A stretch of 6,479 nt of DNA, taken from Amoeboradix gromovi X-113. Lineage: Eukaryota; Fungi; Sanchytriomycota. The stretch is taken from assembly GCA_018985225.1 (NCBI GenBank), contig JADGIF010000576.1, positions 1-6,479 of the forward strand, written 5' to 3'. Shown piece by piece: positions 1 through 6,479 of the stretch; within the stretch, counting starts at the first letter, position 1, and every line of letters begins with the position of its first letter. The notes under the pieces were generated by a model, which was not told the origin of the DNA, ran no database searches, and saw only the letters and a list, made by a program, of their open reading frames with translations. The position numbers and the translations under genes were made by a program.

Positions 1-84
1 TGACTATGTGAGACACTGCCAAGTCATCAGCAGTGTGCGCTTCGAAAATGGCAGATCTGAGTATAAATTCTTACAATATTATTT

Positions 85-91
85 TTTATTA
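85..91 (-). terminator. Poly(A) signal overlapping the stop codon of the RING gene (TAATAAA)
   Basis: The minus strand reads TAA TAA AAA, so AATAAA (90-85) overlaps the stop, the same arrangement as at NOC3. Confidence 0.55.
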
Positions 92-637
92 AAGAGATTT
101 TCTACACAAAGGACAATTATAATGCTCTTCTATCCAAGGTATAATGCATTGCTTGTGGAATAAATGTTTGCAATGTAACTGAAAAATTTCATCTTTCAGT
201 AAATAATTGCTATAGCAAATGCAACAACGGTCTTCGATATGAGAAGTATTGGCTTTTATACAATTTAACCCCATCATATTTAGTTGATGTACATCCTGCA
301 TATGTGATCTCATCTCACCAGCCAAATCGTCAAAAAGAGTCAAGATGTTAATTTGAGTGTCATTTGTAGTTTCTAACACTCTGCTATTTCGAACACGATT
401 GAGCTGTACATACAAGGCATTGTTAAATCCATGACTAGGCAGTTGCTCTGCGGTATCAATAAGCCTCGACAATGATATAACTGGAGTTTGTAAAGCCGAA
501 GTATCTGAGTTTTGATAATTAAATTCATCTAAAATTTTCTTCAATCTTCTTGGAAGATCTATATTAATGGTATGTTCGAATCTATGTCTCAGTTTTCGCA
601 AATTTCGTGCCTCAAGTCTCTTCTGTCTAGATGACAT
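89..637 (-). CDS. RING-H2 (C3H2C3) zinc-finger protein, putative E3 ubiquitin ligase
   Basis: 182-aa ORF from ATG to TAA. The C-terminus CCICYSNYLLKDEIFQLHCKHLFHKQCIIPWIEEHYNCPLCR fits C-x2-C-x15-C-x-H-x2-H-x2-C-x3-W-x6-C-P-x-C-R. The basic N-terminus (RQKRLEARNLRKLRHR) may be an NLS. A specific orthologue cannot be assigned. Confidence 0.88.
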   Translation of the reverse strand: MSSRQKRLEARNLRKLRHRFEHTINIDLPRRLKKILDEFNYQNSDTSALQTPVISLSRLIDTAEQLPSHGFNNALYVQLNRVRNSRVLETTNDTQINILTLFDDLAGEMRSHMQDVHQLNMMGLNCIKANTSHIEDRCCICYSNYLLKDEIFQLHCKHLFHKQCIIPWIEEHYNCPLCRKSL

Positions 638-831
638 CGAAAGTTGGAAACTATTGGTTGTTTTGAAAAATGAGACGCCACCAAAAATGAAAATTCATAA
701 GTCGTAAAGCAACCTTTGCATACATAATACTCTTCAATGCATAACAGCTATCTGCGTGTTCCCTCATATAGTTGCTATTCTACTATATTGGAGGCTATTC
801 ATATGCTTCCTTACATTGTAAGGAGGAAACA
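638..831. promoter_or_regulatory. Short divergent intergenic region, probable bidirectional promoter for the RING gene and glutathione reductase
   Basis: 194 bp between head-to-head start codons. Inferred from gene arrangement; no specific element is confidently identified. Confidence 0.45.
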
Positions 832-835
832 ATGA
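803..835 (+). promoter_or_regulatory. Overlapping upstream ORF MLPYIVRRKQ*, stop overlapping the glutathione reductase start (ATGA)
   Basis: ATG at 803-805, ten codons, then TGA at 833-835 overlapping ATG 832-834. The ORF is directly visible; its function is unproven. Confidence 0.35.
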
Positions 836-2253
836 CTTGCTACGATCTTGTTGTAATCGGTGCTGGCTCTGGAGGATTGGCCGCTTCCAGAAAGGCGGCT
901 TCATATGGTAAGAAAGTTGCAATTATTGAGAAATATAGAACTGGTGGCACTTGTGTCATTCGTGGTTGTGTCCCAAAGAAGATGTGTTTTAATCTTGCAA
1001 ACTTGTACGGTGGCATACATCATCATTTCAATCGGTATGGTATTACTGTAGATAATCCCAAATTTGATTATCCTACTTTTAAGTTGCATCGCGACAAGTA
1101 CATTGAGAAGTTGGAACAGATTTACACAAATAACTTAAGCAAAGACGGTGTTGAATTAATAAAAGGTACTGCCATCTTTAGCAACGATGCAGTCGAGCGC
1201 AGTCTGTTTAACATCAACGTTGATACAAATAGCGGCCCTCTGAAAATTCAAAGTAAACAGTTAATAATCGCATGTGGTTTGAAACCCAATTGGCCCTCAA
1301 TTCCTGGTTCTGATCTTGGTATAAGTAGTGACGAGTTCTTTTTGTTAAACTATATTCCCAGTAAAGTAGTAGTAGTTGGTGCTGGGTATATTGCTGTTGA
1401 GTTAGCTGGTGTTTTGCGATCTTTGGGTTCTGACGTAACGTTAGTAGTTCGCAGCAAAGTATTGAGAACATTTGATGAAATGATCCGTACAGAGGTAGCT
1501 AACAATTTAATCAAAAATGGAGTAAAGATTGTATACGACAAAGTTGTAAGTTTGAGTGGCACTAGTAAACGGACCTGGGACCAAGGCAGGAATATTTTGG
1601 TCAAGTGTAACAATAACTCGTTTGATAATGTTGATGAAGTTTTATTTGCGATTGGTAGAATCCCAGATATTGATAGGCTGGGATTGCATTACTTGAATAT
1701 CAACATGAATAACGGATTTATAGATGTTAATGATATTCAGGAGACCAATGTACCCAATGTTTATGCAATTGGCGATATAACAGGAAATCATGAATTAACA
1801 CCAGTGGCAATAAAAGCCGGTAGAACTTTAGGTGATAGATTATATGGCAATAAGAGTAGCAAAGTGGATTACAGCTTTGTACCTTCTGTCGTCTTCAGCC
1901 ATCCGCCGGTAGGATGTGTTGGATTGACAGAAGAAGAGGCAAAATCAAAATACAATGACATTAAAATCTATCAGAGCACATTTGTAAACCTTTTTGATAG
2001 TCCATACGCTAACCTACCAGTAGAAGTAGCCATGGGGTACAGTGGTGGATTGGAGAAACAGAAAACAAAATATAAAATCATTTGCAAAGGAGAGAACGAA
2101 AAGATCATTGGATTGCACATGGTAGGAAATGGAAGCGATGAGATTTTGCAAGGCTTTGCTGTAGCTATTAGAATGGGAGCTACAAAAGATGATTTTGATT
2201 CCACCATAGCAATACATCCCACAGCAGCAGAAGAATTGGTTACAATGAAATGA
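832..2253 (+). CDS. GLR1: Glutathione-disulfide reductase (FAD/NADPH pyridine nucleotide-disulfide oxidoreductase)
   Basis: FAD motif YDLVVIGAGSGG, redox disulfide GGTCVIRGCVPKK, NADPH motif GAGYIAVE, LTPVAIKAGR, and the C-terminal His-Glu dyad HPTAAEELVTMK. There is no C-terminal Cys/Sec extension. The ORF track starts at TTG 772, but the first in-frame ATG is 832 (473 aa), just before the FAD motif. Confidence 0.92.
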   Translation: MTCYDLVVIGAGSGGLAASRKAASYGKKVAIIEKYRTGGTCVIRGCVPKKMCFNLANLYGGIHHHFNRYGITVDNPKFDYPTFKLHRDKYIEKLEQIYTNNLSKDGVELIKGTAIFSNDAVERSLFNINVDTNSGPLKIQSKQLIIACGLKPNWPSIPGSDLGISSDEFFLLNYIPSKVVVVGAGYIAVELAGVLRSLGSDVTLVVRSKVLRTFDEMIRTEVANNLIKNGVKIVYDKVVSLSGTSKRTWDQGRNILVKCNNNSFDNVDEVLFAIGRIPDIDRLGLHYLNINMNNGFIDVNDIQETNVPNVYAIGDITGNHELTPVAIKAGRTLGDRLYGNKSSKVDYSFVPSVVFSHPPVGCVGLTEEEAKSKYNDIKIYQSTFVNLFDSPYANLPVEVAMGYSGGLEKQKTKYKIICKGENEKIIGLHMVGNGSDEILQGFAVAIRMGATKDDFDSTIAIHPTAAEELVTMK

Positions 2254-2676
2254 CTAGCCCGCCCGCTAAGTAAATTATAGTTTATAATTCTACTGCTACA
2301 CGAACCTGTTTAAATCCAAATCGCTTGGCTCTTACACTTCTTGCTCGTATGGATGCCTGCATTCATATTAAGATGTTCATCAATCGGTTTACGTTCTTAT
2401 CACCTTGGAGTCAAAAGTTCTTAATTTTACCCGAAAGAATCTTCGATTACATCTTTGGCTTTTTTAAAGCAATGGATGTTAAACTATAGCTTTTTGAAAT
2501 CTTACCAAAGTTATCACTAGTTCTCTAAGTTCTTACAATTGTACAAAAATACGAAAACTATTAAACTATTCTTGTAAACAAACAGGTTTATTATGCTTAG
2601 TTCCTTTTGTCCATTTTTAATAGTCTTTTCCAAAAGTAGAAGCAAATTTTGAGTTTGTCTACTTGTTGGAGTTAAC

Positions 2677-4041
2677 ATGGAGAGACAGGCTGTTATCCAA
2701 TTCGTAATCGAAAATAACAACATTGGTCCTCCTATAACTTTGAATTCATTGACTAGCGTTGAAAAGATTCATGAGCTATTGCAGCAGCTGCATTCTGACG
2801 AAAAAGATTACAATTTTTATGTCGATGGACAACTAATTCAAAATAGCATTCATCAATCTATTAAATCCTATGATGAGCAGGTTCTCGCTGTTGAATGCGT
2901 GGAACAAGCTAGCTTTCGCGTCCCTATGTTGAACCAGCAAGCTGCAAGTATGCCGGGACATGAAGAAGCGGTTTTAAGCGTACAATTTGCTCCGAATGGC
3001 TTGATTGTTGCAAGTTCTAGTGGCGACTGTACAGTTAGATTGTGGGATGTGAATACCAAAACTATTATTCATGTGTTAAAGGGCCACGATGGATGGGTAA
3101 TGAATATTCAATGGTCACCAGATGCTTTAACTCTAGCTAGTGGTGGTGCTGATAAGTTCATCTGTATCTGGGACCCTATATCTGGTAAGCTAAAGCGTAA
3201 ATTAAAAGGTCATAGAGAGATGATCACCTGTCTATCCTTTCAACCAATGCATTTAGATGGCAAATGTATTAAAATGGCAAGTGCTAGTAAAGATCACAGT
3301 ATTAGAATATGGGATACTAGTAGGGGCATTTGTTTGTATTCTTTAGCAGGGCATACAAAATTAGTAAGCCAAGTAAAATGGGGTCATTTTGGAATATATA
3401 CTTGCAGTCGAGATGCTAGTGTCAGAGTATTTAGTCACCTTGGCAAGCCTGTTAGAACTCTAAAAGGACATGCTCATTGGGTCAACTCTTTGTGTCTTTC
3501 TACGGAGCACTTGCTAAAGAGTGGACCATTCAGTCACAATAAAACTCAGTTTAAGAATACTGAGGAGATGCTTTCAGCTTGCAAGGCGAAATGCAGTGAA
3601 ATACAAAGCGAGCTGCTCATCACAGGATCTGATGATAACACGCTAATGCTATGGGATCCCAAATTACAAAGCAAATGTATAAATAGACTTACGGGGCACC
3701 ATCAACCAATAACTGGGGTGCAATTCTCGCCGGACGGTAGATATATAGCAAGTGCATCATTTGATAAATGCATAAAGATTTGGAATAATAAGGGCGAATA
3801 TTTATATAACTTGAGAGGGCATGTGGGTAGAGTATACCAAATAGCATTTAGCGCAGATAGCAGGTTGTTGATAAGTGCAAGCCAAGACAGTACCTGCAAG
3901 GTATGGTCGTTAGTAAAGCAAAAACTGTCTATGGATTTGCCAGGACATTTAGACCAAATTTATGGTGTAGATTGGTCACCTATTGGGAATTATGCCGTAA
4001 GTGGAGGAAAGGATAAACTAGTAAAGATATGGAAGAGTTGA
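2677..4041 (+). CDS. NLE1: Notchless / Rsa4 WD40-repeat 60S ribosome assembly factor
   Basis: 454-aa ORF. The N-terminal NLE ubiquitin-like domain (DYNFYVDG...DEQVLAVECVEQASFRV) retains a Glu at the expected Rea1/midasin MIDAS-binding position. It is followed by GH...WD repeats with Nle1/Rsa4 signatures MPGHEEAVLSVQF, LKGHAHWVNSLCLSTEHLLKSGPF, RLTGHHQ...FSPDGRYIASASFDK and DLPGHLDQIYGVDWSP...SGGKDKLVKIW. Confidence 0.95.
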   Translation: MERQAVIQFVIENNNIGPPITLNSLTSVEKIHELLQQLHSDEKDYNFYVDGQLIQNSIHQSIKSYDEQVLAVECVEQASFRVPMLNQQAASMPGHEEAVLSVQFAPNGLIVASSSGDCTVRLWDVNTKTIIHVLKGHDGWVMNIQWSPDALTLASGGADKFICIWDPISGKLKRKLKGHREMITCLSFQPMHLDGKCIKMASASKDHSIRIWDTSRGICLYSLAGHTKLVSQVKWGHFGIYTCSRDASVRVFSHLGKPVRTLKGHAHWVNSLCLSTEHLLKSGPFSHNKTQFKNTEEMLSACKAKCSEIQSELLITGSDDNTLMLWDPKLQSKCINRLTGHHQPITGVQFSPDGRYIASASFDKCIKIWNNKGEYLYNLRGHVGRVYQIAFSADSRLLISASQDSTCKVWSLVKQKLSMDLPGHLDQIYGVDWSPIGNYAVSGGKDKLVKIWKS

Positions 4042-4043
4042 CC

Positions 4044-4055
4044 AATAAATTTATT
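4044..4055. terminator. Back-to-back polyadenylation signals AATAAA/TTTATT shared by convergent NLE1 and NOC3
   Basis: AATAAATTTATT is a perfect 12-bp palindrome. The + strand AATAAA (4044-4049) lies 2 nt after the NLE1 stop. The - strand AATAAA (4055-4050) overlaps the NOC3 TAA-TAA stops. Confidence 0.65.
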
Positions 4056-5811
4056 ACTTGAAAATATTGGCAATTGTGGAACTTTTGAAATACTGCTTCA
4101 AATTCTTTGGATCAGGTTTATTCACTACTACATCCATAGTGCACATGTCTCTCAAGTCCATCATTAATAGCAACGAAGCTTGTCTCACGTGCTGGCTGTA
4201 GTGGTTCATACATACATTGCTAATCTCCCATAAATTAGCTGATAAACTACAACTAGCATCCGGTTCATTACCTAAAGGATTATATATACCAGCAAACACT
4301 TTTTCACTGTCATTCTCAATCATTTGCATACATTTAGGATAACTGGTCATAAATAGTCTTACCATAAACAAAATAGCCAGACAGCAGTCCTCATCGTTGG
4401 AATTTAGAATAAACATTGCAAGTTTCTTTAAAAACGCAGCTACACGCTCAGGGCTAGTAGTTATACGAGTTCTCCATAAGAGGTCACTCAGAGTAGTCAA
4501 ATACATTTCAATTATTGATGTTGAAGCAACAACTAAGTCATCCAATAGCTGATAATACGCAATAAAGAAGGAAGTCAAATCTAGCGATAGCTCATCAGAC
4601 CCTCTAAACAAGAGCATTTTAGCAGCATGCCCACAAGCGATTCTGCTGTTTAAAGTGTATCTACTGTTTAATGCAATTTCCCTCAACATCGAAAATACAC
4701 TCGGCACAATTTCTAAACTCACTAAATGTCCAAACTGACCTATCAGCATTACACTTGTATATATTAATCTACATTCCGGGTCAGCTTTCTTCAATATTTT
4801 AAACAAGATTTGGAATAGAGCCTCAAGTATTTGCTGCTGAAACTGTGCTTGTTCTTCATTGTTATAGGTTGCTTCTGCTTCTTTCATCTCTTTTTCTACT
4901 TCACGCTCTTTTTTGTAATGCTTTTTCTGTTTTCTTGAGAGTGAGTTTCTCGCTTTTCGTTTTGATCCGATTTTTTGTTCTATTGCTCGCTCAGTTAGAG
5001 TTAGATTAGACAGAACACTCAATAAGTCCTCGTGAACTTTAAAATTCCGTTTGTTTAGTATTTGTACTATGAACTGAGTTATTTCTAAAGATATTAGACC
5101 ATGGTTGTCTCGTTTTATTAATTCAATCAATGTCTCAATACAAAGCAGCTCACAGTCACTCAGGTTGTAACTGCCATGATTGCCTTTATTGCAAAGAACT
5201 TGAATTATGTTTTTACGAAAATTGAAATTTGGTTTCGAATAAATTAACTGCTGCAAACATTTAATGGCAGTGTGGGTTACTGTCACCTTGCAGGTCTTGC
5301 TCTCTGTGAATCCGGAGTCAATTAAAGAATGCAAATATTTCAAATATAGCTGATACTGCTGCAAAATACTATGCTCAAAGTTACGCAAGGATTTGACATC
5401 CTTTTTTAACTTCGATGATAAATCAATTTCTGAGTACTCTCTAATTCTATATTCAGGTAAAACATCCATATATACTCTACAAAGTGTTAGCAAGCCGAGT
5501 TGCTGCTCTTTCAGACTCAATTCAGGATGCTGAATCAATTCACGCAGAGTATGTAAAAGCTTAAAATTGGTTTCAGGCTTTGACATAACTTCGTTGGCTA
5601 ATTGTGCCATCAGTATCATGTTGGGTTTATCAGGTGTAGATTCTACTGGCTGTTTTGCTTGAACAGGGATTTCTGATATTATTGCAGAAACAGACTCCGT
5701 GTCACTCTCTTTATCTGAATGATAAATCCATTTTCCATTTTTTTTAACCGGCAGCTTTGAAGAAGATTTTAGAATTCGAGGAATATACTGCTCCTCTAAA
5801 AAATTTGTCAT
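4054..5811 (-). CDS. NOC3: Nucleolar complex-associated protein 3 (Noc3; NOC3p + CBF/Mak21 domains)
   Basis: Noc3 motifs KLPVK, VYMDVLPEYRIR, LRNFEHSILQQYQLYL, PNFNFRKNII, the basic stretch SRKQKKHYKKEREVEKEMKEAEA, ERVAAFLKKL and GIYNPLGNEPDASCSLSANLWE. The ORF track uses TTG 5835, but the first ATG is at 5811 (585 aa). Confidence 0.92.
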   Translation of the reverse strand: MTNFLEEQYIPRILKSSSKLPVKKNGKWIYHSDKESDTESVSAIISEIPVQAKQPVESTPDKPNMILMAQLANEVMSKPETNFKLLHTLRELIQHPELSLKEQQLGLLTLCRVYMDVLPEYRIREYSEIDLSSKLKKDVKSLRNFEHSILQQYQLYLKYLHSLIDSGFTESKTCKVTVTHTAIKCLQQLIYSKPNFNFRKNIIQVLCNKGNHGSYNLSDCELLCIETLIELIKRDNHGLISLEITQFIVQILNKRNFKVHEDLLSVLSNLTLTERAIEQKIGSKRKARNSLSRKQKKHYKKEREVEKEMKEAEATYNNEEQAQFQQQILEALFQILFKILKKADPECRLIYTSVMLIGQFGHLVSLEIVPSVFSMLREIALNSRYTLNSRIACGHAAKMLLFRGSDELSLDLTSFFIAYYQLLDDLVVASTSIIEMYLTTLSDLLWRTRITTSPERVAAFLKKLAMFILNSNDEDCCLAILFMVRLFMTSYPKCMQMIENDSEKVFAGIYNPLGNEPDASCSLSANLWEISNVCMNHYSQHVRQASLLLMMDLRDMCTMDVVVNKPDPKNLKQYFKSSTIANIFK

Positions 5812-5954
5812 CTCCCTTTTTTGGAAATGAGACAATCAACGAGTTTTGTAAAATAGACTATTTGGCGAGAATTTTTATGTATTTTTATACAGTTGGACGA
5901 CTTTTCCAGATTTTTTCAATACCTTAAACACTCGATATTCTTCATTTTCGCAAA

Positions 5955-6120
5955 ATGGTGAAGCTAATCTAAAGAAATAACTAGCAAGTACAATATACAT
6001 TCATCAACTTTGAGGAACTGGTCCAAACAGGGAACAACTAAATGTCTTCTAACCCGTTCTGAAAAGAGATCAACGATAAATAAACCTGTAAACCATTTAT
6101 TTAATAATTCGTGCAACTAA
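5955..6120 (+). pseudogene. Degenerate IS607-type transposase/resolvase (TnpA) N-terminal MerR-like winged-HTH fragment
   Basis: The open frame 5968-6117 translates SKEITSKYNIHSSTLRNWSKQGTTKCLLTRSEKRSTINKPVNHLFNNSCN*. It resembles the IS607 TnpA/excisionase HTH pattern (hxxxTLRxWxxxGxxxxxxTxxxxR). ATG 5955 (MVKLI*) is one frameshift away. No intact catalytic YARVSS motif follows. Confidence 0.5.
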
Positions 6121-6479
6121 GCAAAGCAGTATTGTGTTGGTCTTACCACTTGTGCAGTAATAGAGACCACATGGCAGCAAGGAATATATACATCCTTATT
6201 CAATCCCGCCTCAGGATAGTGATAGCGTGAGCAATCACTGTAACGGATTCATTAGCACTGCTAGTTTCTCTGTGGAAATTCTCGATTTTTCTCAGAAACT
6301 AGGACTTCAAAGTGGAGTTGCGATTAAAATCATCGATAGGCTTTCTATTTGGCGCTCCTAGATTTTTGCTACAATGATTCCTAGAGTAACATACGGGACA
6401 TGCTCTACAAAAACTAGACAAAACAAAATGTATCCAAATTTCAAAAATAAACAGTCTGTATAGCTATTCTTTTGCCCTT

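Noticed and set aside
1-84. Possible 3' end of a plus-strand gene entering the window (DYVRHCQVISSVRFENGRSEYKF...)
   Set aside because: It is too short, has no recognisable motif, and the frame runs into the RING gene. Upstream sequence is needed to judge it.
772-831. TTG-initiated N-terminal extension of glutathione reductase in the ORF track
   Set aside because: The context is eukaryotic, there is no in-frame ATG before 832, and recognisable homology begins right after Met 832.
818-880. GTAAG at 818 as a 5' splice site joining MLPYI to the reductase
   Set aside because: The first AG at a usable distance lies beyond the start of the GAGSGG FAD motif, so splicing would delete essential residues.
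2251-2280. Selenocysteine read-through of the TGA, i.e. an animal-type thioredoxin reductase
   Set aside because: The protein ends at the canonical GR terminus (EELVTMK). There is no Gly-Cys-Sec-Gly motif, and read-through would give only LARPLSKL*.
2273-2289. Inverted repeat AATTATA-GTT-TATAATT after glutathione reductase
   Set aside because: It is a short all-A/T stem, not a bacterial terminator, and is likely chance or part of the 3'-end signals.
860-3899. Short overlapping ORFs (860-1051, 901-1089, 1214-1471, 1350-1613, 1971-2222, 2014-2217, 2868-3059, 3702-3899)
   Set aside because: They are antisense or off-frame shadows inside well-supported CDSs and have no recognisable motifs.
86-4056. 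Alternative genetic code (TAA/TAG read as Gln)
   Set aside because: The long conserved ORFs contain no internal TAA/TAG, and two genes end at TAA where the proteins plausibly terminate.
5812-5835. TTG-initiated extension of NOC3
   Set aside because: This is a non-ATG start from the ORF caller. ATG 5811 precedes the conserved N-terminal motifs, and no convincing upstream exon was found.
5860-5925. RRPE-like TGAAAAAATCT on the minus strand and a tandem ATTTTTAT repeat upstream of NOC3
   Set aside because: These are imperfect low-complexity A/T matches expected by chance. They cannot be called a ribosome-biogenesis element or IS end repeats without comparative data.
5875-6000. 41-aa minus-strand ORF MYIVLASYFFRLASPFCENEEYRVFKVLKKSGKVVQLYKNT*
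   Set aside because: It is short, has no recognisable homology, and overlaps the better-supported plus-strand HTH relic.

Overview
AT-rich, very gene-dense eukaryotic nuclear DNA in the standard genetic code. It carries four apparently intron-less genes: a RING-H2 finger protein (89-637, -), glutathione reductase (ATG 832-2253, +), the WD40 60S-assembly factor Notchless/Rsa4 (2677-4041, +) and the nucleolar 60S-assembly factor Noc3 (4054-5811, -). The compaction and the AATAAA signals sitting on or next to stop codons suggest a small-genome microbial eukaryote, possibly an early-diverging fungus (inference only). The ORF track misses the most interesting signal: a broken reading frame at about 5955-6120 whose translation resembles the N-terminal winged-HTH of IS607-family serine transposases, the element family linked to TnpB/Fanzor2 nucleases. 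Also notable are an out-of-frame, presequence-like uORF and a Shine-Dalgarno-like motif at the glutathione reductase start, and a 12-bp palindromic double poly(A) signal between the convergent NLE1 and NOC3 genes. All calls come from manual motif recognition; no database searches were run.
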